NCBI GenBank assembly: GCA_009602725.1
Contig: WELB01000030.1
Span: forward strand, 24,520 to 67,626
Reading direction: 5' to 3'
Source: Spirogloea muscicola
Taxonomy: Eukaryota
Length of the DNA stretch: 43,107 nt
Below are positions 1-9,968 of the stretch, in pieces. Under the pieces are notes generated by a model that saw only the letters and a program-made list of their open reading frames with translations, had not been told where the DNA came from and made no database searches. Made by a program: the position numbers and the translations under genes. Position 1 is the stretch's first letter; every line of letters starts with the position of its first letter.

Positions 1-187
1 GGGGACCCACTTCCAGGAGCCCAGCATCTCTGATCTGCGGCTGCTTAGCAGGGGTTACTGAGTGTCTCGTAGCAGCTTTGTTTCTGTTACTTAGCGCTTC
101 CCCTGGCCCCCTTCTCGTATTCTGTTCATTCTTTTTCGGGCTGGTTGTTCCAGCCCCTATTCTCAATGGGCGAGCACTTTCTTCTCT
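1..187 (+). mobile_element. 3' end of CRE-like non-LTR retrotransposon (subfamily A tail)
   Basis: Encodes ...PSISDLRLLSRGY*, followed by a 3'UTR ending GGGCTGGttgttCCAGCCCctattctcaatgggcgagcactttcttct. Near-identical to 387-552, to the 3' part of 15469-15916 (rc), and similar to 31080-31285 and 36250-36475. Confidence 0.8.
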
Positions 188-386
188 ACGGGGTATTCTC
201 ATTTCTGGGCTGGCCGATAACGAAGAGGAGATACTCTTCACAGTTGAGAGTGACGGCTGCGGTTGGCCAGCCCAGGAAAAAAGAAGAAGTGGCACTCCCA
301 AAAGGGTGAACAAATCAATGTCAGCCATCGCCACCTACCTGGAAGAGTCCGTCCTCCTCCTTGAGGCGAGGGAGGTGGGTTCCTTG

Positions 387-552
387 CCCAGCATCTCTGA
401 TCTGCGGCTGCTTAGCAGGGGTTACTGAGTGTCTCGTAGCAGCTTTGTTTCTGTTACTTAGCGCTTCCCCTGGCCCCCTTCTCGTACTCTGTTCATTCAT
501 TTTCGGGCTGGTTGTTCCAGCCCCTATTCTCAATGGGCGAGCACTTTCTTCT
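387..552 (+). mobile_element. 3' end of CRE-like retrotransposon (subfamily A tail), second copy
   Basis: Direct near-identical repeat of 19-185; SISDLRLLSRGY* stop at 426-428. Confidence 0.8.
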
Positions 553-607
553 TGCGCGGAACCCACCTCCCTCGCCTAGTTCGTATCTCTCAGGTCACGA
601 TCCGCTG

Positions 608-835
608 TGCTTCCAGGCGATTGCTTTGCATCGCCGGGCTGGTCGCGCCCTTGCAGCAGCCTCGGATTTGCGCAGCGGGGTTGCTCTTCCTCCCCTCAGC
701 TCATCTGACTTCCTACTGCTGACTCGGGGGTATTGAGGGCGCCCTGTCTGCCTAGCCTTTGGCTCCGTCATGAACACCTGTATGCATCTGGCTGGCAGTT
801 TACAGCCGATTTTTTAATATCAGCAGCCGCTTTCC
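608..835 (+). mobile_element. 3' end of CRE-like retrotransposon (subfamily D)
   Basis: QAIALHRRAGRALAAASDLRSGVALPPLSSSDFLLLTRGY* (stop at 736) plus a 3'UTR. Near-identical to the reverse complement of about 17280-17500. Confidence 0.8.
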
Positions 836-2116
836 TACTCAACCTGCCTCGGTCGCCACTCTCCCGCTGCCCTTCCCGCTGCGCGGACGGCGAGCCCGCG
901 CCCTGCGCGCCTCCTACTCACCATCACCTCCAAAGTCGTAAGGTCTGTCAGAGGAATGTCTTGGAAGAGCTGTTTTGTCAGGCCGCTCCTGTCGTGCCCC
1001 AGCCCCACCGCGCCCCTCGCTTCTACACCCCTTCGCTCCGGTGGCTGGCCTCGCCATCTCTCTGCCCTCTTTGGTGCAGCCATGTCTCCGTGCTCCCCTG
1101 TCAGCTCTCTCCGAGAACATCGTATTGCCTCGGCTTCTGTAACTGCTTCTCGCTTCTTCCAACAACAGCTTGCTCGGCACTGAGCAACGTGTAGTGGCCT
1201 CGTCTGCCGCCGCAGCTTCTGCTCTTCTTCCACTTTCCTACTTCCCCACGGTCCACGCGGTCGCTGCATGGGCAGTTTCAGCTTCGCTGAAGGTCAACCC
1301 TTGAGGGGCTGAGCACACCTGCCTAGCTATGAGCCACTAGATCAGCCAGGACCACACTTCTATTAGGATCATGGCACCAACTTAGCTGGAAAACCTGGCA
1401 ACTAGGAGAAAGCTTACACTGTGATGTCCAGGTCCTTGCCCAAAACTACTGTCAACTGTGGCATGCTGTTGTGGCTAGATTTGTCTGCCAAGATGCCTGG
1501 TTAGCTCCCCACTGAAGCAAAATATCACAGATGAGCATGTTACGCACAATATGCATGGTGAAACATTCCTCCTACCAAGTCAAAACACTCATGAGATGTT
1601 CATGTTCTGTACTCATGACCAGCTCCTCTCTCATGAATTAAATGTCATCGCTTTGTCCCATTACACGAGTCGGAAGAAGTGCACAGCCTCAGGCTCACTA
1701 GTAGTAAGAGCCGATGCAAAGCCATGCGCATGAGTATTGGTCTTCTGAAATGCCTTCTGATTTACCCTTATTACATTCACCGATTGTAATAAGATTGGTG
1801 TTGTTGTCTCTTCTAGTCGTCACTTGTCATCACAAGCTCAGTCTCGTGACTCGAGTGGCTGAAGTATTGTCGATCTTAACAGGATCCAAATGGAATCCAC
1901 AGTGGACATCATTTAGATGTCATGCTGCAATCCTAGTGCTTGGGAGGAACCATGTCGCTGTGCTAGTGCAGCATGATGAAATGTGATATTCCTCATTGTA
2001 ATATCAGTGAGCTCATGATGCGCATAGCTGCTCAATGGACCACGATCTCAAGCTTGGCATCGTGATTAACAGGACAGCAGGCAGGTGCAACTGAACAATG
2101 TGAGCAGACGATGCCA

Positions 2117-2673
2117 TCACGTGTACGGAGGTGCTGCGTAGGCTCGAGTGGCGAGATGCAAAGCAAAGAACCACGATTGCAGTAGGAAGCCAACGGCAGC
2201 AGCAAGCAACAGGTACTGCCTGGCTGCGGGTGACTGCAGCCTGTGCAGGACAGCGGCATCTCTTGTCTTGGAGCCATCTACGTTCAGCTGCACAGTTGTT
2301 TCCTTCGCAGACACCGGCGTATCTTCTGGCGAATCTGGCACAGGCTGAAACTCCTCAGTCGTGGAGATGGCTGTCGATGCCAGTGTATCTTGCGGCTCGT
2401 CAAGGTAAGAGCCTCCGAGCAGTCCCCGTTTCTCGCTGCTCGCAGCCGCCAGGGCCAGTGCATGCTTGGAGCCGGCGCTTCTGGAGCGGAGCAGGCCGGC
2501 CGGCGGTGGCGGCGTTGGCGGCCTGCCGCCAGGCGCTGCCCTCGCACCGCCGCTGGGACGGCTCACCGCAGGGCTTCCCTGCAGCCTTTGCTCGCTACTG
2601 CGGCGCATGATGGCGGGTCCTGGCTTGCCCGATCGGGCCTGGACGCTCTGCCGGCCGCTTTCAGCCGGCGGCA

Positions 2674-2710
<37 letters not shown>

Positions 2711-2746
2711 TTGTCGTGCTGCAGGCGGCTGCGAAGGCGGTAGCAT
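2117..2746 (-). CDS. hypothetical 209-aa Pro-rich protein with C-terminal hydrophobic (possible TM) segment
   Basis: ATG-initiated ORF, first ATG after an in-frame TGA. Poly-Pro is encoded by a (GCG)n tract at 2674-2709, the middle is acidic/Ser-Thr rich, and the C-terminus reads YLLLAAAVGFLLQSWFFALHL. No family recognised. Confidence 0.4.
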
Positions 2747-3348
2747 GCAGGCGGGAGGCCAGGCCCCGTCACATCAAGCGGAGGGGGAGGGAGGGGGATA
2801 GTGGCCCAAGGGAAGAGGCGACTTTGTAGTCCAGAGCAGCGCCCGGGGAGGGGAGGAGGCCAAGGGGGAACTCTCTCGGATACAGAAATTTGGAGTGCCA
2901 AAGCGGCCGCGCCGTCTCGTCGCCAAGCCCCTCGCCGCCAGCGCCGCCCGCCGCCGCAGACGCCGCCGACCCTGGCGGCGGCCGGGCGCACGGCCGTTGA
3001 CGCGCCGCCAGTGCCACTGCTCGCTGCGTCGACATGAGTGGCGATACATGATGCCGTTTGCACACCCCGCGCTCAGAAACTGAGAGATAGATTGCTAGTA
3101 ATGAAGACTTTTCGTGGTCCATAATTCTACATTGATCCCACTTTCATGGTATGTCAAAATTCCCAGTCTTGGCCGGCCTACTGGCGGACTCCTCACAAGC
3201 CGGCGCCCCAAGCGCCGCCCCAAGGACGCCAAGCAAGGTTGCAGTCCTCTGCAGTTGAGAGCCTAACGAGTAGAGAGCCGTTCGACGTGGCCATAGTACT
3301 TCGCTCAGGCGGCTCGAAGCGCGACCAATTCTAGTGGTCGCGGCAAAG

Positions 3349-6300
3349 TCAGCAGGCTGTTGTGCTTGCAGGGCCCTTGCTGTCATCCAGGCCACTCATG
3401 AGTTTCGCCAAGATGCTCTTTGCGCACTGAGGCACTGGTGTGCCTGGGCCAAATACTAATCCCACGCCATGTTGATATAGGACCTCGTGGTCCTGCGGAG
3501 GGACAACACCACCTAGGACCACGAGCACGTCATCCATGCCATGCTCCTTGAGGGCTTTCATCAATGGAGGGATCAGGGCTTTGTGCCCCGCTGCCTGTGA
3601 TACACACCCATAAACAGATTGTTATGTTGAACATATTGTCATATGTAGGCCATGAGTAGCACCAAAGCAAGCACACTACAAGCCTTGAGGAGGCTCCCTG
3701 CTTGTGCAGTCACCGCTGACATGTGCCTTTCTGCTAAAGACAATCCATGACAATCCATTTGTAGCAAGAAGTCTGTGAAATGGACCTGCGAGCTGATGCC
3801 AACAACGTGCACATCTGCTACCATAGCGCTGCGGGCCACCTCTTCCGGTGTCTGGAACAAGGGCCCAATGTCAACGTCAAAGCCCATATCAGCAAGACCC
3901 GTGGCTATCACCTGCACCAACACAAGAGGGGCAACCTTGCCATCAGCCTTATAGGGGACGGAGCTGTACAACAATAGTCACACATACAGCATGCTGTACG
4001 GGAGCATCGGTCGCCCATCACTCGTCCTGCCCCTCCTTAGCAAGTGAGACGTGTACTGCTCAACCAAGCAGCTACCAAACTCTTCGTTGGGTCGTGCTGA
4101 GTAAGCTAAAGGTTTGGCATGTGTCCATCTGAGCTGGAGACAAGCTACCTTGGCTCCTCGGTCATGACCATCTTGGCCCACCTTTGCAACCAGAATGCGA
4201 GGCCGCCTTCCAGCCTGTTCCAGGAACTTCTCCACTTCACTCATCACCTCTGCAATCTCCACTTCGTTATTGCCAAATTCACCGCTGCAAATGGTGATGC
4301 CATAGTTTATTTCAGACTCCGGAGTGGCTACTTAAGCGTGAAATTTCCACATGTAGCTTGGGTACTGCAAGAAAGTTCAGCAACCTGAGCAGTGGGTCAC
4401 CACCACAGGCTGTCCGGGTCACTGAATCGCTCAAACGAGGCTGTCTTGTGAGCTGAATGATTGCAGAAAGGAAGTTTCCGTGCGCAAGAGTTGCATGTGC
4501 AGACACGCCTCCTGGGCCAACATTCACCTGTAGGATCCTGCAGCCACGTGTGTTGGCGCTTTGTGACGACCCCAGGCTTTCTCCAGAGCATACGTGATCT
4601 CGCCAACGGTGCAGCGTGCCTTGGCTGCCTCCACAGCCAAGTGCAGGAGGTTTGCACCTCTCACCTCCCTCCTAGCTTCTGTTGTCAAGGCCTCCATTGC
4701 TGCGTGCACCCTGCATGTTGCTAGGTATGAAACCAGATATTAAGAAATTTGCAAATTGCAGAGCACAAAATGGACATTACATTTTATTGAGCTTGAGCAC
4801 CCTGGACAAGAACACCACGATGTTTGACCCGCTTCAGTGCTGAGTAACAGCTGGCCTTAAAGCATCTCTGAGACTCCATGCAACTTGACAGGTACAGTAC
4901 CCTGCCGGCTCTTTGGATTTTCTTTACACCCTCTAAGCTGCGTAGCAGACAACCTTAAGCCTTGCACATCTTGGCTGACTGCACTACGCAGGTTTCAGCA
5001 GACTCCATCTAAAACAAGTGGCTCATACAAGGACCCACTGAAATGCAAACAGCCAACAGCTTGGAGAAGCACATCAGCCAGTTCACTGAGAGTCTATGCT
5101 GGCCTCTGCTATCAAGCAATCATCCATCCTAGTCCTAATACATCGGCTCTCCACTCACACGACTAAATACACACCCACAGATTGCTTACCGATGCTCGTC
5201 TCTGTTTAACCGCAGGAGTTCCAGCCGCTTGACTTGGGCTTGAAGGACTGACGCATTGTCTATGCTCCGAATCTCCACACCTTCCTCCTTGTCAACCTGA
5301 TACTTGTTCACACCCACTATCACCTCCCGGCCAGAGTCGATCCTTGCCTGCAGTCAGCGCCAGCAGTTTGTGTGTTGCAGGAGCAGCTGTCACGCATCTG
5401 AGCACACTGCCGCCTGGTACCATGCTTCCTGCCTCTCAGTGGAAGAACTTGCCCTGCGTAAGCACTTAATGTGTCTACAACTCCTTTGTTGTTGCCAGAT
5501 TGAGAGCGTTGCCATGAGTGAAGCATGCCTGGATTGCATGCCTGCCATGAGAGCGTTGCTATGAGTGAAGCATGCCTGAATTGCATGCCTGCCAGCTCTC
5601 ACCTGCTTCCTGGCTGCACACTCCTCTATTCGGAGCTTGGGTAGGCCCGAAGCGATGGCTTTTGTCATCCCTCCAGCCTCCTCCACCTCGTTCACGATTC
5701 TCAAGGCTTCAATCTCCAAGTCTGACGTGAGGCTTTCCATCATGTACGATCCACCCCAGGGGTCCGCAACCTGGTGGTCAGAATGCGCACTCTAGATCAT
5801 TCTCAATATCAAGATAGAAAGGGCTTCTCCAGGACTAAGAAACATGCCTTAATTCCAATCTCGGAACGTAATGCATGAGCTGACGGACATGCAGAAAAGA
5901 GACACTGGCAACAAGTGTGGCGCAATGTTGCTGCAACGTACACGCGTCAGACCAGCCTCATGTTGAAGTATGAGCTGGGTGTTGCGAGCAATCCTTGCGC
6001 TCAAGTCTGATGGTAAGGCCATAGCCTTCAAGCACGTGTCAGACTGATCCCAGATTAGAGACCAGCAACTTTGTTGGCGATGCGCAGCCGTGTGTGACTT
6101 CAATTAGAAGTTCTATGACTTCAAACGAAGCAGACATCAAGGTTGGTATGTGAGTCACTCCTACAGGTCTGGGCACCACTGTCGATGCTACAATATCCTC
6201 ATTCCTCTCTACTTAGTGCTTCCATGACATGGAGAGTCTGCAACCTTGATGGCCTTGACTAGGAGGGCCTGCAAAACTAGCTTGTGGACATGTACTTTGT

Positions 6301-9300
6301 GCATGCAATCTGCTTACTTCGTCAAACGAGTTTGTGTGAAGAGACTGGGTGCCACCAAGCACAGCCGCCATCGCCTCCACTGTTGTCCGGACGATGTTGT
6401 TGAACGGATCCTGCTCTGTCAAGCTATAGCCTGAAGTCTACCACCACAAGAACTTACATTTCACAATCTTCACTACAATGCCATTCACAGTACTGCACTC
6501 AAGCTCTAACGTCTCTCAAGAGGGTCTAAGTCACGCTGTATTTCAAATATTTGCAAGGACAACAGATATATAGGTGGAGGGTGGTTAATTGCAAGATGTG
6601 GAGGCAGGGGTCACATGGAGGTCAGAGTAGTGTCATAATAACACTCTCCTTACTGCATACCTGGCAGTGTGTTCGGAGGACCATGGATCTTTGGTCCTTA
6701 GGATCAAACTTTTCCTGCTTCATTGCAAGTCGATCAGCATGACGGCAGTCAATAGCTGCACAATCACTGAATTTCATGCCAAAGGGTTGATTCTAAGTGT
6801 GAGGCGTCAGTGAGCACCTTGACGAGCTTTGCCCATAAGCGCCTAGCAGCTCGCATCTTTGCAATCTACACAACGCCATAACAAGCGAGCCAACATAAGA
6901 ATAATGTAGTCCAACACAAGGAAGAAAAAAGTATCCAGCTCCAGAAGAGGTTGTTACCACCAGAGTAGCAGCTTCATCGCTAATAACCATCAATGTCAAT
7001 TTAGAGACCTGGAATCCGACAAAGTCTCTCTTACAGCAGATAGAGCAGGAGCATGAAGAGTGAAAGCCAGAGACACACTCAGCAGCCCCGAGGCCTTTGA
7101 TGACATGACACAAGTATGTTGCAGCAGTATTGGGGGACCTAGCAGAGCTCTCACTTCAAAGTAAAAGTCCATGCCAATGGCCCAGAAGAAGGAAAATCGA
7201 GGTGCCACTTCGTCCACACTTAGGCCCGCTTCTTGAGCGCATCGAACGTAATCCAGGCCGTCGGCAATCGTAAAGGCAAGCTCCACAGCACTGGACTTGC
7301 CCAAGAGCAAACATCAGGTAGTGCAGCCAGTTGCGTTAGCGGGTAGCGTGCATGTTGCAGGATGGAGTGAACATCATGACTGCCATTTGCTTGCAAGAAA
7401 GACAGCAGTGCAGCAACTGTGAGCAGTGTCAGACTCACAGCATGTACTTAGTGAGTCTGCTTGTATCCGTAGGTCAATGCCTACCCACCAGTCTGCGCCA
7501 GCCTCTTGCATGTGATAACCAGAGACAGAGATGGAGTTGAAGCGAGGCATGCGCTGCGCACAGTACTGCATGATGTCGCCCACGATTCTCATGGAGGGCA
7601 CTGGAGGATAAATGTACGTGTTCCGCACCATGTACTCCTTGAGGATGTCATTCTGAATGGTCCCTGCGAGCTGCTCGGATTGTACTCCTGCAAAAGGATA
7701 CAGCAGAATGACTGGCTGAAAGACCTACAGATGCCTATTGAAGATGCAGGTTGTGGTTTTCGTTGCGCGAGCAAGTATGAAAGTCAAAAAAAGTGTGTGC
7801 CAATTTGCCAAGCAGAGCAAGCCTGTTGGGTTGAAGAAGTTGGACTCTTGTCATGTGTATGTCAACCTCACCTGACGTGCAAGTTCTGAGTGTGAAGAAG
7901 CCCTAGAAACAGCAATTCAGAGGAAAATTGTTGAGCTGGAGGCAAGACTCTAATTAGCGACAAGACAAGTGACTAGACAAGATCTCAGTGACATTGTCAA
8001 GACAGCCAGGGGGGAGGTGGAATGGCGGCAGGAGAGACACCTCACCGGCCTCCTCGGCAGCTGTGATGAAGAAGGCCAGGACAGGCAGCACAGCACCATT
8101 CATGGTCATGCTGACGCTGATATCCGCCAGAGGGATGCCATCAAACAGTACCTTCATGTCCTCTACAGAGTCGATGGCCACACCCGCCATGCCCACATCC
8201 CCAGCAACACGGGGGTGGTCCGAGTCATACCTGGCATGTGGGAAGCCAAGAGAACAGGGTGAGGGCCAGCCAGCAGCATTCATGTACCGCAGTGGCGCGA
8301 CTGCGAAAGACGTTGCTATAAGATAGTGCCTATAGACAGTATGACGACTAACACAAAATCATCAAGGAAGGAATCTGCTGCGATGCCAACCCACGGTGGG
8401 TGGCGAGGTCAAATGCGATGCTGAGGCCCTTCTGCCCTGCCGCCAAGCTCCTGCGGTAGAATGCATTGGACTCCTCTGCAGTGCTGGATGCAGCAGGTCG
8501 AAACAATGACAGGTCATGTGCTGGCCGGAAAGCCCAAGCTTGTCAGTGAATCCACGCAGCATGCTTGATTGCTAACCTTATAGACAAGCGTCGTAGACAT
8601 CGCATGAGCCTGTCCGGCGACATCTGAAGCTTCTATATCTAGAAGCTGACTCTCACACAAAGTGGCCGATACAGGCTCCAAGTTTCCGCATAAGCACTTG
8701 TGCTTAAGTGCGTAAGTAAATGACTTGAGTGATTCCCCAGTATATGGTACAAAAGCACACAACAGGAGCAATCCACCATTGAGTGGAGGCATCAGCGAGC
8801 ATGCCTGTAGCCGGCATACTGGCGGATGGTCCACGGCCGGCCGGTGTACATGGAGGCGTACGGTCCCCGCGTGTAGGGCCACACACCCGGCATCTCCACG
8901 GCCGCGCCCTGCTCCCTGCTCAGCACATCGGCGGCCATGTACACGGGCTTGATATAGATGCCCTGTTGCCAGGAATAGGTATGACCACCTTCATCTGTCA
9001 GGTACTTAGTAAGTGCAGCTTTCGAGTGCTGGGTTCGAGTCCAGCGCCTGCAGTCCATGGTGGACTCAGTGGACTTAGTGGATACCCCAGAAGCCAGCTA
9101 AGGGAATGGGACTCAATGCGGAAGCCATGGCATGGGGGCTGAGAGCAAGCAGGCAACTCGCGCCGCCGCCAGGCAGAGGGACGGCTGTGCCGTCGGCGCA
9201 CATGACCTCGAGAGAAGTGGCCGCGAGCTTGTCCCACGGGTCAGCGCCCTTGATCTCCCGCCGCGCCCGGTCCTTCCACTGCTGCAGTGCCCCACTGGCA

Positions 9301-9678
9301 GCGGCCGGGGAAGGCTGCGGCGCCAATGGCGGCCCTCCGCGTCCCGCAAGGGTGCTAGCGGGCCGCCAAAGGCCGGCCAAGCTGCCGGCACAGCAGGCGC
9401 GGACCTGCACAGGAGCCTTCGCCGGCTGTCAGGCCTGGCGATTGCCACCGGCCCGGCGGAGAGACGCCAGGCCCGCTTAGTCCTGCTTGCCAGCACTGAA
9501 CCTTAGACCATGGCGCTGCCGTTGATTTTAGCCACCGCAGCCGCCGCCAGCGCAGCCGCTTCGCAGTGTGGGATCCGAGCACGAGTCCCCTCTGGTCCAG
9601 TCTCAGCGGCGCACACACCGCTACGGCGACGGCGGCGGCGGCGCGGCGCCCGCCGTGGGGCCAGTGGAGGATGGCCAT
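3349..9678 (-). CDS. MMUT: adenosylcobalamin-dependent methylmalonyl-CoA mutase, 17 exons, 822 aa
   Basis: Exons 9678-9502, 9404-9207, 8962-8805, 8483-8391, 8230-8046, 7687-7489, 7290-7155, 6865-6818, 6714-6661, 6437-6318, 6025-5942, 5770-5603, 5347-5190, 4710-4528, 4284-4149, 3911-3786 and 3594-3349 total 2469 nt with consistent phases. Motifs: [61 protein letters not shown], and the B12-binding [10 protein letters not shown] (DxHxxG). Exon 1 (targeting region) is the least certain part. Confidence 0.96.
5501..5594. repeat. 47-bp tandem duplication in MMUT intron 12
   Basis: tgagagcgttgc(c/t)atgagtgaagcatgcctg(g/a)attgcatgcctgcca occurs twice (5501-5547, 5548-5594) with 2 mismatches. Confidence 0.9.
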
Positions 9679-9724
9679 GCCCCCCGCCCGTCAAGGAAGG
9701 CCAAACTCTGACGGCGGCGCCACC

Positions 9725-9758
<34 letters not shown>

Positions 9759-9968
9759 AGATGAGAGACCCGAGCCCTGGAGAACTCAACCAAACCCTGA
9801 TTTGTGAAACCCTAAGATCCAAGAGTCGCCGCCGCCGCCGCCGCCGCCATTGCCGCTGCCGCGGCCGCCGNGGCGCGCCCTCCGCCGCCGGCGCCGCGCC
9901 CGGCAGCGCCTTCCGCTGCGCGGCGGAGGCCCGGAGCGGACGGCCAGCGCTGGGGCCTCCAAGCTGGA
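9679..9968. promoter_or_regulatory. putative bidirectional promoter with telo-boxes
   Basis: 290 bp between divergent ATGs. AAACCCTAA at 9807-9815 and AAACCCTGA at 9792-9800, flanked by (GCG)11 at 9725-9757 and (CGC)7 at 9827-9847. One N at 9871, so the spacing may be inexact. Confidence 0.65.

Noticed and set aside
125..187. Recurrent tail motif as a CRISPR repeat, or as an snRNA/SL-RNA (Sm-site-like T-run followed by a stem-loop)
   Set aside because: Spacing is irregular, both strands are used, there are no cas genes, and the motif usually follows the TE stop codon. I could not see any other snRNA or SL features. An Rfam scan would settle it.
836..1270. Possible upstream ORF fragment of the retrotransposon
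   Set aside because: Its composition fits, but I recognised no diagnostic motif.
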